NCBI GenBank assembly: GCA_038496445.1
Contig: JALMLS010000138.1
Span: forward strand, 124,001-188,000
Source: Trichosphaerium sp. ATCC 40318
Lineage: Eukaryota; Protista; Tubulinea
Direction of reading: 5' to 3'
Length of the DNA stretch: 64,000 bases
Below are positions 11,926 to 22,653 of the stretch, piece by piece (position 1 is the first letter of the stretch; every line of letters begins with the position of its first letter). The notes under the pieces were generated by a model. It worked only from the letters and a program-made list of their open reading frames with translations, searched no databases and had not been told where the DNA came from. Position numbers and translations under genes: made by a program.

Positions 11926-12818
11926 ATGAGAGTGTCTCAATATATTTTAATAGGAACCTCTAATGTTGTCATAGTACGTCATTATGGAAACAAACAAACG
12001 AAACTCAGTTTTAATCGCTGCTGTTTTACTTTTTTTTTGATATTTTTATCAATTGTCAAAACAGGCGTTCGGGTTAGTGTTAATGGGCCTTGAAATTGCG
12101 ATGTCACAGCAGAAGGAGGTTTCTCTACGTCACAAACACTCTGTAGTGTTTGGTACTATTATAGCACTTGGAGGTCTTTTTACAGGCACGTGTAACGGAT
12201 TAATCACCAAAACTAGTTGAAGAGTTTTATTTCTTTTCGGTTTTTTTTTTTTCAATCTCTTCTTTGCTGTTTTGTGTACGAATCACGGCAAAATTTTATT
12301 TATGATTAAAACAAAAGTTATGCAGCATTCTATCATTTATTGATTGTGTTTTTTTAATAGGTGCATATGGAGCTATTGTAGCTACTACTGGTAATATAAA
12401 TAAAAAGATGTTTTATGCAGTACGTCACGTGGTTTATTATTTTTTGAAACTTTTTTTCTAGTTTTTTTGCTTTCTAATGGAAAACTCTTTAGTACCTTGG
12501 CGTTCTCGTATTCCTTTTCCATATCAATAGCATAGTATTTTATAATGCTAATGATGAGTCTCTTGATGTACCTACCACACATCAAACTTTTCAAGAAGCT
12601 AAAACTCAGCAGCTTAATACATCAAGTTCGTACTTTTTTTTTCAAATAGTGCTTTTTGTGTAAAAAGTCATTGACATTTTTTACTAGCGTGGGTGTTTTC
12701 TTTATTGTGGACTATAGCTGCAATAGCCCAAGCAATTTCTATGGCAATATTATCAGAAGAGACTAACACCAAACATACGATTAGACCCGAGAACTATGAA
12801 TATTTTGTCGAGGTCTGA
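11926..12818 (+). CDS. Tetraspanin-like 4-TM protein (5 exons, one GC-AG intron)
   Basis: MRVSQYILIGTSNVVIAFGLVLMGLEIAM..VVFGTIIALGGLFTGAYGAIVATTGNINKKMFYAYLGVLVFLFHINSIVF..WVFSLLWTIAAIAQAISMAIL..YEYFVEV*. Tetraspanin-like TM spacing with the G..GA...N....Y pattern. Confidence 0.65.
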
Positions 12819-13359
12819 TTTATTTTATTATTTATTTTACACAACGAACCCTCGTCGTCTTTTTTCCCTCGCTCTGCTTGAGGCAACAAAATAAAAAACC
12901 CCTTGTACAATAGAACGTTATTATCTTTTTTTTACTCCGCAAAGGATGAATAAAAGTGATAGAAGAGAATAACTATGGAACACTGACTGCTAAAGAACCA
13001 TTTCATAAGAACCTTCTTTTTTTTTTTTTTCGGCGTTCTTTGGACAACAGCCCCATATTTGTGTGATGCAAAAAAGATCTCGTTGGTGATGCAGTTAGAA
13101 ACGAAAGAATCGTTAGTAAACTCTATATAATGCTCTGTCAAACAAATATAGAGCAAAGTCACGTGAAAAAAGATAAAAGCAAAGTATTTTGTTGTGAACT
13201 TTTTACGGTAGTTTCAACTCTTGTGACCCCTTACAGTCGCTACGGAATAGATAAAAGTACTAAAATCTCAACTTTATATACCGTTATAATAACAGTGATG
13301 ATTCTTTATTACGTAGTAAAAAAAAACTACGCCAAGTTTGAAGTCAAGCGCAATTACGA

Positions 13360-14739
13360 CTAAACATCAGTTTTTTCTTCTGTACTGCCTTCTTTTTCTT
13401 CTTTTTGTTCTGTTACTTCTTTTGCTTCGGTTTTTTTGGTTTCTTTGGTTTCTCCCTCCGGTACAAACTTCTCAATACCGACATGCTATCACGTGATAGT
13501 TAGATACTAATATTTTAGCATTACCATTTTAGTACCTTTGCTATTGCGTCATCTACTACTAGAACGTGTTCTCTTGGCGTTATAAGGAAAGGAGAATCAT
13601 TCTTGGATAAATAAGTAAGTAAGTGAAACTTTTTTTTTTGATTCATTTCAATCAGTCGTAGTAACGTACTTGAGCGTTCTTCTTTTGTTCTTCTACAAAA
13701 TCAGTAAAATCTACTATCTCTAAGATATCGTCTCCAGACAACCAACCTTCCATCTTCTACGATAACCGTCAGCCAAACCAACTTTATAGAAAAAGAAAAA
13801 AAAACTAACCTTCAATCCGAGTTGAATCGCTCTTCGCGTTGCTTTATGTCCAGCTACATTCAATTGTTAGTACTTCTAACTGTCACTAATAAGGTACTTA
13901 CTTGGAAGGTGATCAGGATCCCACTGTAAACGGACAAAACCAGGATCTCGTTTTATTTGAGCATTTCTTTTTTGCCATTCTTCTTTCGACTTATAAATTT
14001 CTTGTTGAAAGGAAGAATGAATAGCTCCAAATATATATCTCTCAAATGCATCACGTTTAAGCCAAATACCAAGTGTCACTATTAAAATAACGTTATTATC
14101 GGTACACTAATCTACTTCCAAAAAAAAACACGTGACGTTGAGCATGCGGGTAGAAAACAAGCCAAAAACAATTTTGAAGTAAGAAGCACTTTGCCAAAAA
14201 AACATTGCATTTTAACAAAATAATTGTCATGTGATTTCCGGACTTAAAAACATGATATTTTGCGTACTCTCTTGGTTGGCTTTCGACTGCCAACCGGATC
14301 TAATTGATGGCATTAGTTTTGGGTAAGTTTGCTGACTGTTACCTGAACATCATCCAGAGGAAGTTTGTTTTTATCCACGTCATTCTTGTTACCGAAAAAC
14401 CAGGCGCTCCAGCGAATTTCTGATTCTTGAGAGCCCATTTTGCTATACTTGGGTTATACGCCTTAATTAACGTTAGAACATATCTCACCATGCGTATTAA
14501 CGCTATTTAGAAACAAATAAGGGTAGAATAAGCAAATTACGCTTAAACCGCGTCAAAAGTACTAAATTACATCGTAAAATATGTACTTGGTATACTAGAA
14601 CAGCATCATCGGTATATTGAGCTAAAACATGCTGTCCTTGCTGTGGCCATCGTTTTTTTTGCTCAAGGTACTTTTCAAAGTGTAAAGGGTGTTTAGTTTT
14701 CTTAAATAGGTGGGACATATCACATTCTGATGTAGCCAT
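13360..14739 (-). CDS. DUF4291-family protein (multi-exon)
   Basis: HVLAQYTDDAVLVYQAYNPSIA..RMTWIKTNFLWMMFRSGWQSK..QE..VRLQWDPDH..RRAIQLGLK matches the DUF4291 signature as I recall it. Confidence 0.85.
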
Positions 14740-16238
14740 GGTGTTGAAATAACTTGCTTTAAAACTGGAGTCTGTTTGAAACGACTAAAATTCAATGAAT
14801 GAACAAGCTTGCATTTACATAAAAATTCCCAACTTGAAACGTGTCAACTAAAACTTGGAGCATATTTAATTTGCGCTTTGATACAACTAGATATTGAGCT
14901 TGCAAAAGCGGTCAGTGTGGAGTAGTTCCAAGAAAAAAAAAATGGTTGTTCAAACACTGTTCAAAGATTTCACGTGGTTAATGTTGGTTGAAGCATAGCT
15001 TTTTCGCAGTACGCATTCTTAATGGTACAGGAGTAGTTACTTATGTTTCAAGCGCTAGGATCAACCTTGGCGTCATACACAAGACCCTAACTGTTCACCA
15101 GACAAACGAAACCTTCCAAAGTCATTTGTATTATTTAGAACAAGTTTATCAAAAGTGAGTGATACTACACTACTAATCACCAATGAACAATCCCATAGAA
15201 TATACCACCATTGATGATATGTTTTTCCTTGAGAGTATTTACTTTAACATAAAGTTGAATAGAAAACACATGAGGTGTCTTATCATGACTGAACATGCAG
15301 CACATTTCACGACGTTTGAACAGGATGGACCAGAGATCCAACGATAAATTGACAACAACTCTCAGATAGCAAGCAGAAATTCCTAACGTATCTCCATGTA
15401 AAAACTAAGTTCTGTTTTTAAAACTCCTACAGTGGTAAAACATAACTACAGCTTTACGGCTCTCTAATGCAATAAAGTACCAAGCAAGAGCGAGTTTTTT
15501 GACATTGTTGGTTAAATATTATGTTCATCAACTTCTTTGAAAAAGAAACATCTGTTTTTTGATACCTAAATTATCAAATATGCTATAACCCCGCGTAATT
15601 ACACAATGATTTATTGAGCAACTTCTGTCATAAGGAAAGATTTGAAAAAGGCATCTGTGGGCTAGAATGACTGTTCAAAAGAACAACCAATTTAAAGCAA
15701 TTAGGTACAGAGACGGGTGATGATAGCTTTATGTGGAACACTGAAAGTGATAAAAAATGCCAGAAACAACAGAATGTAATACTTACTCACTGTGTTGTAA
15801 AAGAATTACCTGCAAAACATGGTGGTGATAGAGGAGAAGAATATGATCCAAGGCAGAAATAACTTGTGTTTTTAGTTTCAATGAAATAGTTGATTGAAGT
15901 ACACTATTAATCACCAGCAAGTTCTGGTTAAAACAAGTTATATACGCATATGTGCTATGAAACATACCCTAAATTTGGGGTAAAAAAAACGTTTTTGAGG
16001 TGTGCTAGATTTTTTTTGAAAGTGTGAACTGCTTACAAAAATCATCCTAGGTAAAAACTAGATGCACTTTATTTTTACTAATGGGATCTGTTGTACACCA
16101 CACCAGACGTCTAGTACCGATCAGGAACAGCGAAGACAATCAAAAATTGCAAGATAATTTTTCGTAGTTTCGAAAGTCCGCTTACTCTCTGTCATTAAGC
16201 AAACCCGTGCTGTTTCTTTTGGCTGTTTAACCACCAAT

Positions 16239-17087
16239 ATGACTGACATATTTTCGTTACCTGTTGAGATACTTTTGAGTATTATCGTGAGAAACAACAT
16301 GACATGGCAAGATTTGGCTTCGCTTCAACAATCAAACCATTTTCTGGACGATATGATACGAAACTCAGATTACATTTATCGAGGGTTATACCATCGTAAA
16401 TGGGGTAAAGGCGCTGAAGAAGCAGAGTCTGCCTTCCACGAAGATATAGAACAGTGGTTAAGGATAGAACTAAGCTCACCAACGATCTACAATATTGAGC
16501 CAATCACGTGGAAAGAAAAATTTAGAAACAAACTTGTTCCAAACATCATTGCAGAGTTGAGTTGTGACAAGACACATGTTCACAAAGGCGATACAATTAC
16601 AGTCAAGCTTACAATTGAAAATATTGGTAAACAACCAGAACAAGTTCGTATCGGCTGCAAGTTTGGTTCTCCAACAATTGAAGTCATTTACTTGGATAGT
16701 ACTATATTTATTTGGAAGCCTCAAATTAAAGCTCAGCATAAGTTTCTCAAAAATACGAAGCACTATCCTAAACAAATGTATAAGCGCCCTACAATTACAT
16801 TTAGTCCGGGTGACATACAAACATATGAAGTACATTTCGTGTTTGACACATTCAAACTAAATCCATTACTTTATCAATGGGATGCTCCGTCGTCAGATAT
16901 CTTTTTTCTTCAAAGTAAATATACAGATATTTATGTTGCTAGTGCTAAGACACCTGATGTGTTTCCTCTTACACTACTAGCGGCATTACGAATAAAGAAG
17001 GATCATGTAAGCATTGACAAACACTGTTTACAAGTCCTCAGCGGCTTTGTAAATCTTGTCATGTACAAGGATAAAAAAGAAGAATAA
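16239..17087 (+). CDS. Intronless F-box protein with beta-sandwich-like C-terminal domain (family member A)
   Basis: IFSLPVEILLSII..WQDLASLQQSNHFL; AELSCDKTHVHKGDTITVKLTIENIG. Paralogous to the genes at 32271 and 49658. Confidence 0.8.
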   Translation: MTDIFSLPVEILLSIIVRNNMTWQDLASLQQSNHFLDDMIRNSDYIYRGLYHRKWGKGAEEAESAFHEDIEQWLRIELSSPTIYNIEPITWKEKFRNKLVPNIIAELSCDKTHVHKGDTITVKLTIENIGKQPEQVRIGCKFGSPTIEVIYLDSTIFIWKPQIKAQHKFLKNTKHYPKQMYKRPTITFSPGDIQTYEVHFVFDTFKLNPLLYQWDAPSSDIFFLQSKYTDIYVASAKTPDVFPLTLLAALRIKKDHVSIDKHCLQVLSGFVNLVMYKDKKEE

Positions 17088-17701
17088 ACAAATATTTAGG
17101 ATGCTGCTTTATAGAAACTGTTTAAGGACGCCCTTAAGAGATATAGAATGCTTTACTTGATAAACCTCTGTGGCTAGCATTATTACTGTATGATAACCAG
17201 TGTCACTATTGGTTTTGTAATGTGTCATGACATCATAGCCTTTCTGCTAGTATCACGTGATAGTTTGAAACACAACTTCCAAGGTCGTACCCAACATTTA
17301 CTTTGCAAGTATGTTTCCACCTTACCCGCCAAATACTACTTACTCTCCATTTGAGTTGGGTTGTTTTCAGGTAAATCATGTGCTAGCAAAGTAGAATGAA
17401 GGACTTAGCGCCATGCACTCTATTGCAATAATATTGTGCTAAACCCGAAACTCCAATACCCCCCTGGGCAATATTCCTTTGATTTTTTTCAATATTCAAA
17501 TTGTCCATAAACGCCACACTATGAGTCTGCTCAATGGAGAATACAAGTTGGTTCAAAAGATAAAATAAACAAGTGGTTCACAGATTTTTATTGCACAGCG
17601 CCATCAGGTGCGAGTTCTTTGGATGAAATATTATTCTTTTCTTTAAGTACAGTCCATATGATTCTTATACCAGCATTATGTGCAATGAAAGCAATGAATA
17701 T

Positions 17702-17850
17702 TGTAATCTTGGTTGTTTCGTATTGTATCGTTTAGAAAATGATTGGATTGTTGTAACGACGCCAAATCAAGACATTTAAAGTCTGTATTTATCATAATCT
17801 TTAACAGTATCTCAAGAGGCATCAACAACAAGTTTGAAGTATCATCTGTA
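17702..17850 (-). pseudogene. Isolated inverted F-box fragment copied from family members B/C
   Basis: DDTSNLLLMPLEILLKIMINTDFKCLDLASLQQSNHFLNDTIRNNQDY is nearly identical in nucleotide sequence to ~32330-32460 and ~49705-49850, then truncates. Confidence 0.7.
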
Positions 17851-18295
17851 AGCTCGAGTTGGTTGACATGGTAAGGGTTCGTTAGTTTGTGATGTGCTAG
17901 ATTCATGTTTTTTAATCGAGGGCACGTGTTGCTTTTTTTTTTTGGTAATAACTTGATGTAATCAAGCATAGAACAGGTTTTACCCACAAGCCACACCTTA
18001 AGTGCTCAGGTTTCTTTGCTATGTCTAAGTGAAGGTAATGCACATGGGACGTGATGTTAGCCTCAATAAAGCCTCCAAAAAGAAGAACTAGCACAGAAAA
18101 GGTGCTCAACGGAGGGTAGTGAGCATGACGTTCAGATTGAATAAGGTGGAGAGATGAAAACTTGTTTATTGAAGGACGTTGGAACAGCGACCAAAAGAGA
18201 TCTTGTACCTAAAGGGTATTGCAAAAGAAAAAAACTGCGCAGTCTTTTCCAAGTCAACATTTTTGGCCAGCTTTTTTGTGTTACAGCCCTTCACA

Positions 18296-19860
18296 ATGAT
18301 TAAAGCATTTCTACTTTTATGTACTGCCTTCACAATAGTCTTATCAATAAGTACGTCAACATTAAAGACAACTAACGCTAAAAAGAAGCAAAAAAGACTT
18401 AAAACACTTACACACCTCTATCTTATTCGTATTTAAGGCCAAGGCGACACAGTAACATGCTCGTTCGCCACAGACACTGGTACTTTACCCGAATCTGTTC
18501 GTTCATTTGCAATAAACTTCTCAGGAACAGAATACTCTTATACATTCGGAACATCTCTTTATTCAGTTAATTTTCGGTCTGACTCATTAAGCTTCTCGGA
18601 ATCCAGACCATCAGCACAAACACAAAATTATAATTTTAAGTTCGAATGTACTTTTGATCACCCAGTTGTAACAGGTACGCTTTGTACTAAATATCACGTT
18701 TTTTTTTCGTTTTTTTTGGAATTGACTCAGATTTGCAGTAAGTAGTCTTAGTGAACTACTGCTATAGATAATGGGGTTTGCTAACTATCCCACTTATCTG
18801 AGTACTCATTTTTACCCTTTGTAATGGTACAGCAAGTTCACAACATGCTGAATACCAGAGTTGTTGCAAAAAAAGACAACCCTGTAAATCTGGTCAATTC
18901 CTTTTTTATGTTGACATTGAAAATTTCATGAACACTACGCATTACAATCTATCTAGTACAGTATTCTTTGGTCTAATATTTTGTTATTTATTAGGGTTTT
19001 ATCTCGGATCATCAACTTACAGCCCACAACTCAATAATATTGCTTTTAGTACAACACATATCACGTTCGTACCAACATTCCACATTCTTTTTCTGACATC
19101 TTTTCTTTAGCTTTAGCTTTCCAAAACTCCGAACAATAAGCAGTGGAATAACCGTCGCAATATTTGATTATGCGCTTCCTCCAACAACTTTACCTCCAAC
19201 AACATTGGCACCAGCACTCCCTACAACATTACCTCCAACAACGCTACCTCCAACACTACCTCCAACTACATTACCTCCTACAACACTGCCTCCTACAACA
19301 TTACCTCCTACACTACCTCCAACGACACTACCTCCTACGACATTACCACCAACAACATTACCTCCAACAACTACTCCACCAACCATAGGAGCACCTACAC
19401 CTCAACCAACTACACAACCTCCTACAGACCCAATGACTACGGTAGTGCCAACTACTCCAGTGCCAACTACATCAACCCCATCATCAAGTATCACACAACC
19501 ACCAACTACCTCAACACCGACACCACAGCCAACAACAAAGTTGACTTCTCTATCACCAAAGTTGAATACTGCTACTTGTATGATACACTTTTTTTTTAAC
19601 AATTGCGTTTCTTTGTTTATAGTAATATGACGCGCAAAAATAAACAATATACATAATCCATTGGCTCTAAAGTAGTCATGATAAGCTTCAAGTAAAATTG
19701 AACGACATTTATATTTTGACTCATTCTTCTGTTACACAGGAACGCATCAAGGTAAATGTACTAACACCTTGAATTGCTTTTATATGCCATTGTCTGCAAC
19801 ACGTGTAATTTTGCCTTTTAGAGCTTTGATACCTGCATCTGTAACTATGTATTTACTTTA
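18296..19860 (+). CDS. Secreted mucin-like protein with PTTLP repeats, possibly GPI-anchored (3' exons uncertain)
   Basis: Signal MIKAFLLLCTAFTIVLSIS; globular N-terminal exons; Pro/Thr stalk; possible hydrophobic end ALIPASVTMYLL*. Confidence 0.6.
19175..19385 (+). repeat. Coding tandem repeat of 12-15 nt units (cctccaacaacatta variants, encoding PPTTL)
   Basis: Directly visible degenerate tandem repeat. Confidence 0.9.
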
Positions 19861-19974
19861 AGTTGCGTTATGGTGAAAAAGCGGTGAACACGTGACACGA
19901 GGAATAAAACACTATATTTGCCATAGGCATAGTTTACAAGCTATTACTTACAACAGGGGTTTTTAAAAGTTGTG

Positions 19975-20727
19975 TTAAAGAATATTTTTGTTCTTTGCTT
20001 TGATGACTTTAATACGTTCTCTCAAACTGAATCCAAGATCCATTAGCACGTCCTTATCTATTTCATGAATGGTTGCGCCTACGTCATCCATCAATGAACC
20101 AAGCTCTTGTGCTCTTTCACTTTCAAAGCCCAACATCATAAGTTTAGATTTCCAATCATTTTCTGGTTGGTCTTGAGTTATGCACGTGGCAGAATGAGTA
20201 TTTGGTTCCAGGACATTGGACTACAAAATAAAATTAATAATAATCTTTAACAAACACGTGTACCGTTGTTTCAACAACAGAGACTTTTGGTTTATTAATC
20301 CATGATGTATTAGGTAGAACAGCATCCACCAGTACTGTTTTTTGAGGTCTATTGGTATGGATTGTATCAAAGGATAAAAGAAGATCAGTTGATTGACGCT
20401 ATAAAGTACTTTGTGAGATCACTAGCACTGTAATGCTTGAAGAAAACGTACCTCAATGGTTAAAAGTTGTTTTTCATTCTGTTGTAAGTTAAAAGCATTA
20501 AGGGTGTCTTGAATCATGTTTAGATGCTCAGGATCATCTCCAAACTTTGTGTAATCATGATTGGCCTCCACAAAAGCTTTTGACAAGTACTTATCATCGG
20601 GGTCTTGTTTCAGCTTGTTATTCATTACCTTCGAATCGCCACTTGACAATAACGTTGTGTTATCTTGTGCTACTGGAACCAATAAGTTTTGCTTCATTTT
20701 AAGATTACTGGACTGATTTGGAGGCAA
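19975..20727 (-). CDS. Hypothetical protein with a C-terminal SAM-like motif; may be the 3' part of the RCC1 gene
   Basis: Spliced exons end ..IHEIDKDVLMDLGFSLRERIKVIKAKNKNIL*. The 5' end begins at an AG acceptor at 20728. Confidence 0.5.
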
Positions 20728-20835
20728 CTAGCGACGATTAAACATGATCAAAAGACGAGCAATGTTAACTCAAGGAAGAGCTCACAAACGAAGTTAAGTT
20801 GTGTCTCACAATCGAGTGATCCAAAACAGCAGTTT

Positions 20836-21930
20836 TCAAAAAAGTGAAAAAGGAGTGAAGTGTTCTACAGGACGTACTTTTGTTTCATGATTTTCAAACA
20901 TCATTAGTTGTGGAGTTGCTTCTCCACACCAATTTGTACCACTTGTATATGTATGTAGTGAAAAATCATGAGATATTGCCAAGTAATGATGTTGCTTAGT
21001 AGCCAGCCCAAGATATCTTCCAGGTAATTGAATAGGTCGACTAGATTCAAAGTGCTTCATCCATGTACCTTCTCCCCATCCATACAAACAACCTTGGCTA
21101 TCAAATGATGCCTTGTAACCAGCATGCACAGAAACAATATTATCAAGTTCACTGATGATACCCTGCCCGTACAATTCATCACTTCCCAAGCCAAGACACC
21201 CACCATGGTTACATCCAAATGAAAAGACTTGTCCTGATTTTATAAGTACAAGTACAAAATCAATACCGATTGCTATATCAACTGCATCTGAGATTCTTGG
21301 AACATGTGATAATGTATTTGGTTTCAAAAATAGCGAGTTATTGAATGCCTCAATATTAGGTTTTCCCCAAAGAAATACGTGACCTGTTGTTGTTATAGCT
21401 CCACTAATATGACCATTTGTTTGTATTTTTACAATACTTTCCTCAAGACTCAAAATACGTTTCGGAGAGTGCAACTTCTCCTTATCAAACGAATGCCCCA
21501 AGCCATTATGTGAGTTGTCTCCCCAAGAATAGATATACCCGGATTGAGACAACGCCATACTCACTCTGTATGCAGTGACTTGAGTTATTTGAGTTAACAC
21601 AGGGACAATTCTCGGTTTCGAAACAGGTGACTTGAAGTGACCGAGACCTAATTCACCGTTACGGTTATATCCCCACGTGTAAACAAGACCATTTGAATCA
21701 GATGCAATGCTGTGTTGGTATCCAGCAGAAATACAGACGATATTTACGAGGGATTTTATTGGTTTAGCGATAGATCTCTCTATTTGGTCTTCATTACCCA
21801 ATGTGCCGTAAATATTTGATCCCCACGTGTAAATAAAGCCATCGTCAGCGATCGCCATAGAATGTTGATAACCTGGCGCTAAACGTTTAACATACTTTAA
21901 ATTAACCTCTTTACAATGAGGTTCAGCCAT
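20836..21930 (-). CDS. RCC1-repeat protein
   Basis: Repeated GYQHS.A...G.VYTWG.N..G.LG blades. Confidence 0.9.
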   Translation of the reverse strand: MAEPHCKEVNLKYVKRLAPGYQHSMAIADDGFIYTWGSNIYGTLGNEDQIERSIAKPIKSLVNIVCISAGYQHSIASDSNGLVYTWGYNRNGELGLGHFKSPVSKPRIVPVLTQITQVTAYRVSMALSQSGYIYSWGDNSHNGLGHSFDKEKLHSPKRILSLEESIVKIQTNGHISGAITTTGHVFLWGKPNIEAFNNSLFLKPNTLSHVPRISDAVDIAIGIDFVLVLIKSGQVFSFGCNHGGCLGLGSDELYGQGIISELDNIVSVHAGYKASFDSQGCLYGWGEGTWMKHFESSRPIQLPGRYLGLATKQHHYLAISHDFSLHTYTSGTNWCGEATPQLMMFENHETKVRPVEHFTPFSLF

Positions 21931-22653
21931 ATCGATAGTACTTTAAAAAATGGATCTAGGTTAGCAAATTCCTAAGTGAACGAAATGAACAAATTACAGT
22001 ATAACTTTTCATCAATCGAGCACGTGCTTTAATTTGTTCGCCTGCAACAAGTAAAGCCAATTATTGAACCTAATTGACTGAGACAAGTACTACCATTGAA
22101 GTATTACGCATAACATAACAATCCATTCAACAGTGTTTTTACATTTGTCAATCGTCTAACGATTTTATGTGCACCTACCAATACCTTTCAAACCATAGCA
22201 ACCAGCCATCTTAATAGTGTGCATCTACCAACGCCTTCGCTCCTTCATCGGTTACCTCTGTATACGATAAATCAACTGTGTACACCGGCCAATGACTTCA
22301 CGCCTTCATCTCTTACACGATCACACTTTAATTTACTAATGACTACCTCCATGGTTGTCCTGCTTCATATTTTTGGTGCTGGGTGTGTTAAGTCAACACG
22401 TGCAACTATAAACGTTTGTGATAAACTATCCTTCGCTCTTCTGCTTCGTCTTAAGGGCGTCCTTAAGTCAATGATCATTAATAACTATTCCACTCACTGG
22501 CTAGTGAGTGATTTGTATTAAATTGCATAATAGAGCTGTTCAAGTCTGTAGATTATTCGCTTTTTGTAGATTTACTTTTATTATTTTTTTTACATCGTTT
22601 TTCGTTGGTTTTTTTTTTTGATTTTAAGGTCACGTGAGGAGGTTATACGATTG

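Noticed and set aside
14942-15350. Possible small spliced gene (..RILNGTGVVTYVSSARINLG..)
   Set aside because: Exon phases do not join consistently and no motif is recognisable.
19164-19647. Gln/His/Tyr-rich and Val/Gly-rich ORFs
   Set aside because: Alternative-frame and antisense shadows of the PTTLP mucin repeat. This is not a CRISPR array, since there are no unique spacers.
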